64,000 nucleotides of DNA from Cycas panzhihuaensis (Eukaryota; Plantae; Cycadophyta), in assembly GCA_023213395.1 (NCBI GenBank), contig CM041465.1, forward strand, positions 132,253,741 to 132,317,740, given 5' to 3'. The position numbers and the translations under genes are program-made. Below the pieces are notes generated by a model. That model saw only the letters and a list, made by a program, of their open reading frames with translations, did not search any database and had not been told where the DNA came from. This document shows, in pieces, positions 25,881 to 38,700 of the stretch (positions are counted from its first letter, which is position 1; every line of letters starts with the position of its first letter).

Positions 25881-26109
25881 TGATGAGTATCACTCATCCA
25901 TATGTTTTGGCACTATGCACTATTATGTGTATATTATTTTACTTATATGCAAAGTACATTTAAGTTAGAAAGTTACTCAATTAACTCAATTGTTAGTTAG
26001 TTAAAACGTTAAGAGACAATTAGTAAAGTTAAGTAAGTTAGTCAGTTGGATAGTTAGAAGGTCGTTTTTCGAAGTGGTTATTGAGCCTTCAAAATAAGTG
26101 AGAGGCACC
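25881..26109 (+). repeat. Truncated LTR of the element B family in the opposite orientation
   Basis: tgatgagtatcactcatccatatg...gagaggcacc is the reverse complement of the B LTR segment 25165-25391. Confidence 0.85.
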
Positions 26110-29100
26110 ACTATAATCTTCCCTTCTTCATCCAACATCGACAATTCCATTTGCAGGGTGGTAGTTTGTCTTAGCTTGCATTTGAGGCAAGAGACACAGA
26201 AGATGCTATGGATGCAATTGGTTGGTGGCAAGTCAAGTTGGTATGCCACTTCTCCCAACTTGTCTAAAATTTGGTACAGGCCAAAGAATCATGTCTGTAA
26301 TTTGAATTTGCCTGATTGCTTCAAAGTGGCTTGCTTATATGGTTGAAGGCTCAAGAATGCCCAATCTCCAATTTTAAATGATCTTTCTATTATGTGTAGA
26401 TCCGCTTGTTGTTTCACTCGATTTCTGGCCAAATTGAGGTTGTCCTTAAGTATCTACATTGTCCGCGTCATTTGCTCTTATATGTTCTGGACTCATGAGC
26501 TATTAGCCCATGTGAGAAGTGAAGGGGGTTTGAAGCCATATAATGATTCAAATGGAGTCATTTTAGCAGATGTATGGTAGGTGGTATTGTACCACCATTC
26601 AGCTAGATGTAGCCATTTATGCCATTCCTATTGTTTATCAGATGGGGAGTTCTGTAGATATCCTTCTAGGCATTCATTTATAGCCTCAATTTGTCCATTA
26701 GTCTACAGGTGATAGGATGTTCTCATGGAAAATTTTGTGCTGGCTTGTTTGAACAATTCATGCCAAAAAAGGCTTGTAAACTTGGGATCTTGATTGATAA
26801 TGATGACTTTAGGGAATCCATGAAATCGATAGATCTCCTTGAAGAAAAGCTTGACAATTTGACTAGATTTTGCAGTTCCTTGAATTCCTCTGAAGTGGGC
26901 GTATTTGGTTAGACAATCAACTACTAAAAAGATTGCGCCTTTCCCTTATGACTTGGAAAGCCATGCTATAAAATCCATTGAAATTTCTTCCCACTTCTAT
27001 TTCAGAATATGTAGGGGATGAAGTAACCTTGGAACCTTGATACTCTCTTTTTTGTTTCTCTGGCACACCTTGCATTCTAGAATGAATTTGAAAACATTTG
27101 CTTTCATTCCCTTCTGTAAAAATATATTGTGAATTTGGTGGTATGTCTTGTCAATCCCCACATGTTCTACCATGAAAGTGGGGAAGAATTTTGTTCTTGA
27201 TTATTAATATTGCTGATACAACATTCTTTTCTTAACATAAAATCAAGTTGCCTTTGAGTTCATACTCTATTTGTTCCTCGTTGCATATTTCCTGTTGTAT
27301 TTTTTGGGTCATTGAGTCCCCTAGATATTCTTGGGCCACCTCATCGATCTAGCTTGGGGTGCCGTTGGAAACTACCTTCACAAAGATGTCTTCGAGGATT
27401 CATGATAACGCATTTATAGCAATATTTTCTTTTCCTTTCTTCTAAATGATGTCAATATCAAACGTCTAAAGCTTACTGATCCATTTTTGTTGCTTGTCAG
27501 ACAAGGCCTTCTAATTCAGGAAGTATTTTAGGCTATCATGGTTGATCTTGATGACGAACTTGCTTCCTAATTGATATTGTCACCATTGGCGTATAACATG
27601 CATGATGGTTAGCATCTCCTTATCATAAATAGGTGTTAGTCATTCTCTTGCATTGAGCTTGCAACTCTCATATCCAAGGGGTCTGTCATCTTGGAGAAGC
27701 ACGACTCCTAGTCGTACTCCTAATGCATCACATTCCAACACGAAAGGGATGGTTAAAGTCTGGTGTTGTGAGAACTGGTGTAGTCACCATTGCTGGTTTT
27801 AGTATTTGAAATGCTCCTTCTATAGGTTCGCTCTCTGTGAACGATTCTTTCTTTGTTAGATTGATTAGTGGGGTTGTGATGTTGCCATACCCTTTTAATA
27901 AAGTGTCACAAGAATCCAATTGTGCTTAGAAAACTCCTGATGTATGTCACATTCTTTGGTGTGGGCCATTTTATAATTGCTCAAATCTTTTTAGGATCTA
28001 TTTTGACACCTTCCTGAGTAAAAATGTGTCCAAGATACTCAAGTTCTGTCTGCCAGGAGGTGCATTTGGCCTTGTTTTGAAGAGTTGGTTGTCTTCAAGT
28101 ACCTGTAGTATAGACTTAATATGTCCAAGATGTTCTTCCTAGGTCCTATTATAGATCAAAATCTCATCAAAGAATATAGGCATAAACTTGCGCAAAAGGG
28201 TTTGCTTTGAAATGTGGCCAGAGCATTAGTTAGCCCTAATGGCATGATGCAGAATTCAAACAACCCATTATGGGTTTAGAAAGCCATCTTATACATGTCT
28301 TCGGCCTTTATATGGATTTGATAGTAACTAGAGCACAAATCAATTTTAGAGAAGTATTGTGTTCCATGAAGCTCATCGAGTAGATCGTCGATTCAAGGAA
28401 TTGGGTACCTATTCTTCATTGTGAGCTCGTTGAGTTCTCTGTAGTCTACGCGCATGTAATATGACCCATCCTTCTTTTGACTTAAGATAATTGGAGATGC
28501 GAAAGGATTGGAACTAGGAGCAATGTACCCTTGTTGCAAGAATTCTTGGGTAATTCACTCAATTTCCTTATTGGAATGGTACAGATGTTGATATGCTCAT
28601 TGTTCACTAGTGCAGCCTGTGGCAATAATTCAATATTGTGCTTGCATCCTTCGCTCAGAGGCATGGTTCTTCAAAAATTTTATTGTGTTTGTTGAGGGAT
28701 CTTGTACCTCCTTCAAAACATCTTCAATTGAAAGTTTATAACACGTCATCAAATAAGAGGCTGAATGTTTCCTTGGTAATTTCTCCATCTAGTGTGATGT
28801 TATCGGCTATGTTGGCGATGTTGGTGGTGCCTGCAACTTATACTTGTCTCCCTTCTAGAAAAATTCATTAAAGGTGTCTTTTCATTTGTAATAATATTCC
28901 TTAGGTTTTGTAGCCATTGAATACCAAAAAAGTACATTGACTCCTCTTATTGGCATAACGAACATGTTTGTACTAACGAAATAGTCTATTATTTGTAAGT
29001 GCATCTTAGCATAAAATCCTCCATAGGGCATACTCTTTCAGTTGGCAATTGCGACCTGAAATTGTTTGCACAATTATATTTGAAGATTGACCCTAGTTGC

Positions 29101-29884
29101 CATAGGTCTATTAATGAAATTGTGAGTGCTACTGTTGTCCACAAGAACTGAAATTGTTGTGTGTTTTAATCATCCCTTCAAAACAAAGTGTTTATGGTAT
29201 TCTAACCTCTCTTGTAATGGCTTGCAACAATATCAACACGTTTTGACATCAGTCTCATTGAGTAATTCCTCAATCTCTACTTTGTCATCGATTGGCGGTA
29301 GCTCGTCTAATGGATCCTTTGTGCTAGGAAGGTATACATCCTCATTGTTGATCATAAATATCTATTTGGTTGGGCACTTGTGGCTATAGCTCCATTATCC
29401 ATTGCAATCTCAACATATCCTCCTCCTTAGATGTTTAGCCTTGGATAGTTTACTCCTAGCTAGTCCACTTGCCTTTTCTTCTTTAAGTGTAGCCTCAGCT
29501 TTCATGCCTAAGCGCTACCAATTTGGCTGGTCGCTTTGACCTTGATACCTAAAATGTTTGTTACAATGAACATAACTCTTGCTAGACTCCCCAAAATCAA
29601 CTCTAATATTCCTCGCTTGGCGGATGGCTTCTCTTAACATCTCCACTCCCAATGTTTTTAGGCAAAAACTTAATAGTCCCCTGAAGCCCTGCAATATATG
29701 ATTCCAATTGTAGACAGGATGCTATTTTAGTGGTGATCAAGCTTTGTAGATTCTGAAACTGCTCAGTGTAGGACTGCACTGAACTAGTCTGCTATAATTG
29801 CATAAGTTGAGCAAAATAATCCGTGTTCTAGGTCTCTTCACATTGCTTTATTAGAGATGTCTTTAGGAAATCCCAATTGAAATG
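26110..29884 (-). pseudogene. Gypsy element G internal region (gag part, PR, RT, RNaseH, IN), old and without LTRs
   Basis: VLVDSSTHNF near 29120-29150; MPLGLTNAL near 28220-28245; LTTPDFNHPF; DFMDSLKSSLSIKIPSLQAFF-region integrase; GEVAYQLDLP..LDEEGKI. Similar to elements C and L. Confidence 0.85.
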
Positions 29885-32800
29885 TGTTGTTCCTATCAGA
29901 ACAATCACCGAATTGAATAGACAATGATTCAATACATTATCCAGGAGAGAAAATCTCTCATATAAATACATCATATGTACATAGAAGGCCCAATGCATGT
30001 TGGCCAAGTGTCACGAGTACATTAAAGAGGGGTTGGACACATAACCCTCAACTTTACCTTAGGCACAAAGATAGAACATTATTATTTCTCTAATACCCTC
30101 TCTTAATGTTTTATCTTTTGTTTTCAACACCAAATAGTTGTTTGAGATGTTGAAATTTATCCTTTGGAAGTGCTTTTGTAAAAATATCAGCAAGTTGTTC
30201 TTCACTGTTGTAGTACAAGTAGTCTATTTCTTTACTTTGAACTTTTTCTCGGATAAAGTGATGGTGAACTTCAATGTGTTTGGTTTTGGCATGAAACACT
30301 AAATTCTTTGTGAATTTGATAACACTTCAGTGATTGTAGAAAATGGATGTTGGTTGATCTTGTTTCTGCTTCAAATCCTTGGGCAATTGTTTGATCCACA
30401 CTCCTTGGCAAGTTGCACTAACAACTGCTTTGTATTCTGCTTTTGTGGATGATAGAGCTATTGTGGACTGTTTCTTGTTGCTCCAGGAAATAATTGTAGA
30501 TCCTAGTGAGAAGCAATACCTTGTGGTAGACTTTCTTTATTGTTTGTGTCCTGTCTAATCTAAATCACTATACCCAACTAGTTGAAAATTCGAGTCCTGA
30601 GCATAGTTGAGACCCATTATCTGTGCTCCTTTAATGTATCTGAGGATTCTCTTAGCAACATTCTAGTGGGACAATTTAGGATGTTATATATATCTAGATA
30701 CAACTCCTACTTGAGTATGAAATGTCTAGTTTTGTGGCTCTGAGATAGACAAGACTACCTATCAACTATCTGTACAGAGTTCCATATACAGTTTGACCAT
30801 ATCATCAGTATTTAGAGTGCAGTCAATTTCCATTGGAGTAGTACAACTATTGCAATCTTCCATTTTGAATTTTTGATGAAATTTTTTTTACATTTTTTTT
30901 TTGGGATATGAAAACAAATTCTTTTTGTTGGTTGACCTCAAGACCTAGATAATAATGAAGTAGACCCACATTTGTCATTTCAAACTGATCTTCCATATGT
31001 AGTTTGACTTGGCAGATAGTTTCATCATCATTTTTTGTAACTATCATATCATCTACATAAACTACAATGATAGTTATTAAATTATTTTTATTTATTTTAA
31101 TGTAGAGACTAGGGTCAAAGTCACATTTGTAAAAAATTGTTTGTCGTAGATGTTGATCCAACTTTGCATACCATGCTTTGCATACCATGCTCTAGGTGCT
31201 TTCTTCAATCCATATAGGGCCTTTTTAAACTTGTAAACAAGGTGCTCTTCGCCCTTTTTCACATATCCCATTGGTTGATGCATGTAGACTTCTTCAACCA
31301 AATCTCCATTCAAAAAAGCAACCTTTACATCAAGTTATATGACTTTCCATTTAAATTGGGTTGCCATTGCTATTACTGTATGTACAGTAATTAATTTGGC
31401 TATTGGTGAAAAGGTTTCCTCATAATCCATTCCTTCTGTTTGAGTGTAACCTTTTGCAACCAATCTTGCTTTATACTTTTCAACAATGCCATCAGACTTC
31501 TCCTTTATTTTATAAACCTATTTGCAACAAGCAATAGGTTTATTTATGGGAGCATTCACCAATTCTTAGGTCTTATTTCTTCTAATGGCATTAATTTTTG
31601 CATCTATGGCTTCTTGCCATTTTAGATGACCATAAGCTTTTGAATAATTTTGTAGTTCAATAGAACACAGTAATTTTTGATGTTTTTGTGACCTAGTTCT
31701 TTGCTAAAAAATATTCCCTTTGGAGTCTTCAAGAGTTTTAATGTGCCACTTAGGTAATTTCCTTGAAGATTCATGGCTGCTATCTTGAGAAGAACTTTGG
31801 TCTTCTTCGATTAGTTGAGGTTGTTCTAGGATGCCACCTTCTTGAAGCTTGCTATTTGATGTTTTCTACCATAGCAACTTCAGATATTTCTTCAATCGGC
31901 ATATGTATCTGTGTACCTCCTTAAAATTGTAGATAATCTCTTTCTTTCTTTTTGATTCACCTGTTCATCAAAAATTACATCTCTATTGACATAAGTCCTG
32001 TTTGTTTTTGGATCTATGCATCTATATTGGTTACTATATCCAACCATTATGCATTCTATAATTTTGTCATCCAATTTTGTCCTTTTATTGTCAGGAATGT
32101 GAACTTAAGTTTGACTTTCAAAAATTTTAAGATGACTTACATTTGGTCTTCTACCAATCCATGCTTCTTTAGGTATTATCTTAGCCAGGGCTTGTGTTGG
32201 GCTTCTGTTGATAAGATAGACTACCATGTTAACTGCTTTTACCCAATATGTTTTCATCAATGCCTTTTCACTTATCATGTTGTGTGCCATCTCCATAATT
32301 ATTCTATTTATACATTCAATTACTCCATTTGATTATGGTGTATATGGAGTTATTAGCTATTTCTGTATCCTATTTATTTTACAAAACTGATAGGAGTCTT
32401 TGAATTATGTTCTCCTCCTCTATCGGATCAAAGAATCTTGATCTTACATTCACTTTCCAGTTCAACTTGTCCTTTGAATTCTTTAAAATAATCTAAAACT
32501 TTTGATTTGCTAGAGAGAAAATAAACTCAAATTTTCTTGTAGAAATCATCGATGAACATGAGTACGTAGCTCAATTTATCAAATTTGGTGTTATTGGTCC
32601 ACATAGATCCCTATGAATTAATTCCAATTTTTTTGTGTGCTTTCCATGTGCTTTGTTGAAAAGAAATTCGATGATTCTTGCCCATCATGCAACATTTGCA
32701 TACAAAAGAGTGAAAGGACATTTCTGGTAAACCATCATCTATATTAGAATTTTTTAATAATTCCAATTTTTTGTTTGAAATATGTCCATAATTAGAATGC

Positions 32801-34800
32801 CAAATTTTATTAGTAGTGTTGTTAACAACAAAGGATTTTACAAAAGGATCAAACAAAAGAGGTGTTGAAATTAGTTTATAGAGATTATCGATTTCAACAC
32901 CTTTTGCTATTACAACTCCATTTTTTTTCATGTCACGAATATTGGCAGTTCCCATCTACCTTAAAGATGAATTGGAGTCCCTTTTTTTCAATTGGGATAT
33001 AGACAGTAGATTTTTTTTTAAAACCGGCTACATATAGAACTTCTCTAATTTTCTTGATTTTCTCATCAATTTGAGTAGCAACAGTACCTTTCCTTTTGAT
33101 TTGTAGAGGAAAGTTATTACCAAGTTCCACAGTTTTGTTGATAAAGTATGGTCATAGTGTTTCAAACCATTTCTTTTTACCCGTCATGTGATTTGATGCT
33201 TTTGAATCTACATATTAGTCTTTGTCTTTGTTGGTGCGAGTAAAAAGAGTTGTGATGAATGTAATTTCTTCTTCCTCTTCGTGCTCTTGGCTGTAATTTC
33301 CTTCTACTCTCTTCCCTCTCTAGATGTCTACTTGCTTCTGTGGATAATAATTTGAAGAATGTCCTATTCTTCCACAATAATAACAATTTTGTAAATATTG
33401 CATCCTACATTCATTGGACAAGTGACCATACCTTCCACAATGAAAATATTCGTTGGTCTCTCTTAGTCTGCCTCTTCCTTTTGATTCCCAAGAAGCTCTT
33501 CCACGTCTTTCTGGAGACTAAGATGATTTGGCTAGAGATCTAACCCATTCTATGGTATTCTTGCCTTATCTTCTCATTGTGTTTCTGAAGCATCCTCTGC
33601 CTTTTAGACTTAGCTTGGATGCAAATGCTTATTCGATGTCTGTCTCTTCTTCATATCTCTTGTTCCTCTGCTCTTGTTGCAACATATGTCCTGTTAAATT
33701 ATCAAATGACATATTTGCAGTATGATCTCCTATGGTAAGTGTATTTACCATGCTGTCAAAATATTTTGGCAATTTGTTTATAATTAAACGAACAAGTTCA
33801 GAGTTGGTTAAAGTGTCTCCTATAGAAATTAAGCCACTTTTGATTTTGACAATCTTGGTTATGGAATCTGACACTTTCTCTCCCTCCTTAAGAGTGATTC
33901 TGTGTAATTGTTTTTTGAGTGAAGTGATTTGTGCCTCATTTTTTTGACTGTATAATGAGGCTAAAATTTTCCAGGTTTACACAAAAGAGGTGATAGAGTC
34001 TTTGTGACTTATTAAGGCATCTTCTATGGACAACAAAATTGTAGATAGGGCCATTCTATCCCTTTCTTCCCAACTAATTATGTCCATAGTGGGTTTGGTT
34101 TTTTTTCCTATCACCATCTCCCAAGGATTTTTTGCCATTAGCAAACTTTGCATTTTTCCTTTCCATATGATGTAATTCTGACTAGTAAGTTTGTCTGCTT
34201 CACTGAGAGAGAGAAGGGAGGCCATTTTGATGAAGTATTCAATATTTAGAATGTAGGAACAAAGGAGAGCAGTCTGATTGTGTTCTGGCCATATAGTCGT
34301 ATGATTCTATGGATTTGTACAAAAAAGTATAGTTGTATGGAATTAAACAAAAGTGGTCCTAAAAGAAAGATAATGATTAGCGCTTTAAGGTTTTGCAATT
34401 ATTTTTCTAAAATTCCTTCTAAAAACTCTAGAAAAGGCCTCGAATTTGTATGGTCATTTAGGGTTTTTGAATAGAAACATGCTTGTAACTTGTGAAATTG
34501 TCAACGAAAATCTTCAAACTCACAGGCAAATGAATTGTATTGATGATACAATGAGTTCAAGTCTAGTTTTACCTGGAGAAATTGAGAAAATCAAGAGAAA
34601 TTTGCAGAGGAAACTTTGGATGGGCGGCCACTATAAATTTGTGTTTTCCTGCTTATCCATCATGAATCTGAAATCGAGCCTTTGGAACAATTTATTCTAC
34701 TTGTCAAGACGAATCTTCTCTCCGATTTTTGTTCAAATCTAAGCACTCTGAAAAACGTTTGTATAGTTTTGTACGGTTTTGTACTAAGTTGTACCTGTAT
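29885..34800 (-). mobile_element. Copia element H: 3' LTR (about 29885-30095), PPT, decayed gag-pol and leader; 5' LTR not seen
   Basis: PPT ccctctcttaa at 30096-30106; gag MASLLSLSEADKLTSQNYIIWK (34225); IN, RT (VVYVDD) and RNaseH (KHIEVHHHFIREKV..QLADIFTK) in the ORF track. Confidence 0.88.
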
Positions 34801-35761
34801 CTCTTTGGCCATATTGCGTCCTTTTCTTTCTAAAGAACTTTGGAAAGATGTTTAGTGTGTCTAGAATATGGGCATTGGAAATCAGACTGCCCAGTGGCAA
34901 AAATATAGAAGAATGTCCATACCTTTGCAAAAATTACAAACCAAGTACACACATTACAGAAGAATGTAAGGGCAAAGGTAAAACTCTTAACGGGGTAACA
35001 ATTGTACCAAATCTCTCCAAGAATGTTAACTTACAAAACAAGAAACAAGCAACTGAAAATGGTTATCCTAAACTGAAAGTGGAAATTGATTGATTTATTG
35101 CTACGAAGAAGGCTCTAGAGGATGCTGCCAGGGAAGAAGCGACCTAAACCGTGCCGTTAGGGAAACTAGAAATTAACCAAATATATCAGAGGAAGAACAA
35201 ATGAGTCGAGGTAGCATTATCCAAGAAAACCCTAGAAAACAATCCATGTGTATCAACTACTAAATCAGAAGAGCTCCTACAAAAACTTGTACTGATGGAG
35301 GATGCAATGAAACAACTAAAATTAACCATTCCATTATAACATGTGATAGAATGGATAAAAGGAGGAGTAATCCGACCAATGGAAGCTACATGAAACTTGA
35401 ACAAGGTTAAACCTTCATGTGACCTTAACCCTTAAGTAAATATGAGCATCTTGGGGATTACATTACAAAACATCATTATTGATGGAGGAGTTGCGGTAAA
35501 TATGCTACCAACACAAACCTAGAAAAAACTAGGGAGTCCTTAATTGACATCTACAAATTATTCGTTGAAGCTAGCAAATGAGCTACTAGTGAGACTTGTG
35601 GGTTGATTGGAGAATATTCAAGTAAACGTGGCAAGAATCATAGTACCAGTGGACTTTACTATTGTTGACATGGTGAAAAATATGGTAACATATCTAGCCT
35701 TGCTCAGTAGACCATGGTTATACCAGACCGAGTGCTTGCAAAGCTAGAAAGATGTAATTTT

Positions 35762-38700
35762 TATTAGGATATAATGTTTTATCTAGATGATATACAGGGT
35801 AATGTGACAAACCCTCATTATGTAACTCACATTTAGTTAAGTGACATGTGTCACTCTAGGAGAAGTTAGTTACAAATCAAGGTACAATGGTTACAAGAAC
35901 TGATGTATATTTAAGGAGATCAGATCTCCAAAGGAATTCAAGTCTATTTTCCATCTTTTCTTTCATTCAGAGTTTCTCTGCATCAAGTTAACATGGTATC
36001 AGAGCAGGTCTGACTGCTCATTTGACGAGAGGATTTAATTATCTGGTGTTCATTTCGAGAACTGAGAACTGAGAGTCTTCAAAGAAGAAGAAGTAAGACT
36101 GAAAAGACATCTGAAAGGAGATTTTTTCAGCAAGAATTCACAGTGTACAAACCTGTACGAAAATCATACAGACGAAAATTTTTAGAATTCTCAGAATTCA
36201 ATGAAATTTGGTGGAGAGGTAGATCTCGACAAGGCCGTCGCTTCTCTCAGCTAGCCCAGCTTCATCAGAGGCCATTTCGAGGTAGTTTCAACCAATTTAT
36301 AGTCCACACGGGTTTGGAGAGCATCTTTGTGAAAATCATCAAAAATTTTGAATTTACTCGGGTAAAATCTATCTCAAATCCTAAGTTTTGATGATCAGAA
36401 AGTTTTCAGACCAATTTCAAATTTGTTAGAAGGATTTTTTGGATTTTTTGAAGCATTTTTCTCTAAAACCCTAGCCGCACCTCTCTGGCTTTCGGGTTAA
36501 ATTTCTAAAGTTTGGAGCATCGTTTTTAAAAACCGATTTCAGATTTGGAATCACCTCTTGCAAAGCTTCATTTTGAGGTACATTTCATATCCATCCATAC
36601 AATTAGGGTTTTGTACGAAAATCCGTACAATCGTACAATCAACTGTAGCAAGATCAGAATTTTGTCATTAAAAATGGCTTCCCCCATCCTGGGTTTATCT
36701 GATCAAGAGAAACTAAGAGAAAAAAATATCATATTTGGAGAATTAAAGTAGAAACTCTTCTGAGGGCAAAAAATGCCTAGAAAACTGCCAATGGTTCAGA
36801 AGCCAATCCTGCTGACGCAAGTACATCCTTGGCTAATTGGTTGGAAAGAGACAACATAGGAGTGATCATTTTGAAGCTTTCTGTCTTAGATCCCCTTCTA
36901 GTATATGTAGAAAAATTGAATTCTACCTTAGTTAGCTGCAAATGTTTGAAAATTTCTTCAGCCAAAAGAATAAAGCAAGGATATTTGCTTTCAAGGAAGA
37001 TTTATACAAACTTCACATGAAAGAAAGTGAAATAGTAACTGAATTCATACATAAAGTTACTTCACTTAGATAGCCTCTTGAGTGTAGGAGATGTTGTTCC
37101 AGAGCAAGAGTTGGTCCAAATGATAGCTAGCAAGCTACCAAAATCCTTTGATGTAACCATCAACACCATAACGAATAACGATCAAATTGATACTATAACC
37201 TTTGACGAATTGACTGGGTTATTGTTAAGACAAGAATAGAGAAACATGTGCTATGAAGATTCATCAGAACTAGAGCATGCTTTTGCATCCAGGTTGAACT
37301 TGGGACCTCGGGGACGTGGCCAGACACGAGGAAGAAGACGCACTCCAAACACTAGAAGCTCTGCTCGTGGTCGATGACAGGACAATAGAGGACGCGAATG
37401 AGGCAGAGACTCCATAATCTGTTTCGGTTGTGGTAGACCTGGACATTTCTCCAGTGCTTGCAGAGCATTTGATGTATGTTACCATTATGGGCAATCAAGA
37501 CATTATCCCTATCAATGACCACAGAGAAGGGCAGATATTCAAAGAGGGAAACGTCTAGTTGGCAGCTGCAACAAAGAACGAAGAAGAAGAAACAACATTT
37601 GTTGCGGCACTGTCAGTTGGACTAAAGGAAGGAGACACAAGGTACATCGACTCTAGGGCTTTGCGACACATGACTAATTGTGAAGATTGGTTTGAAATTT
37701 TGAAACCCTACAACATGGACAAATTGGTTGAGTTAGGAGACAAATACCTACTTGGCATAAAAGAGGTAGGTACTATTGTTGTTAACCTACAAGGAAATGT
37801 CAAGAAAATTGGGAATGTACTATTAGTCCCTGAATTAAAAACGAATCTTCTGTCTGTTTTACAACTTAGAAAAAATGGACTAAGGACTATATTTGACAAG
37901 GAAGGCTATTGCCATATACTAGATATAAAAAATAATGGGGAAGCAATAGCTAAAGGTATAACTGATGTCAGATCCAATAATACCCAACCTAGGTTTGAAA
38001 GCTTGTACTGTTGTAAATTCTAATAATAAAGTGTGGCATTTGAATTATGGACATCTTCTAATAGAAACATTAAAAGCAATGGAAAAATCTGGTATGGTGA
38101 ATGGACTACCTCACATCTCTTCCGATAATTTTGTTTTCAAGGGTTGTCAATTTGGCAAACAACGTTGATTACCACTCAAAGAGAGCAAATGGCAGGCACA
38201 AACCAAGTTGGAACCAATTCATACAGATCTCTATGGACCACTCACACCCCTTTTAATAAATGGTTGTAGATACTTTCTAACCTTTATTGATGACTTCACT
38301 CGAAAGGTATGGGTGTCTTTTCCCCATAACAAATCAGAAGTTTTTGAAGTTTTTAAGGAATTCAAAGCAGAGGTAGAATTGGAATCTAAAGCAAAAATAA
38401 AATGTATTAAATCAGATGGAGGTGGTGAATACATTTCAAAGGACTTTCTAAGCTGCCACAAGATAAATGGGATACACAAGCAAGTTACAACTCCCTATAC
38501 ACCTCAATCCAACAGAGTTGCCAAGAGGAAAAATAGAACTCTAATGGAAATGGCTTGCAACATGGTCCACGAAAAGCAAATTCCCAAATCATATTGGGTA
38601 GAGGCTGTTAATACTGCTTGTTTTCTAATAAACAGAAGCTCAACGAAAGCATTGGAGAACATCACACCTGAGGAAGCTTGGACAGGTAAGAAACCCAATG

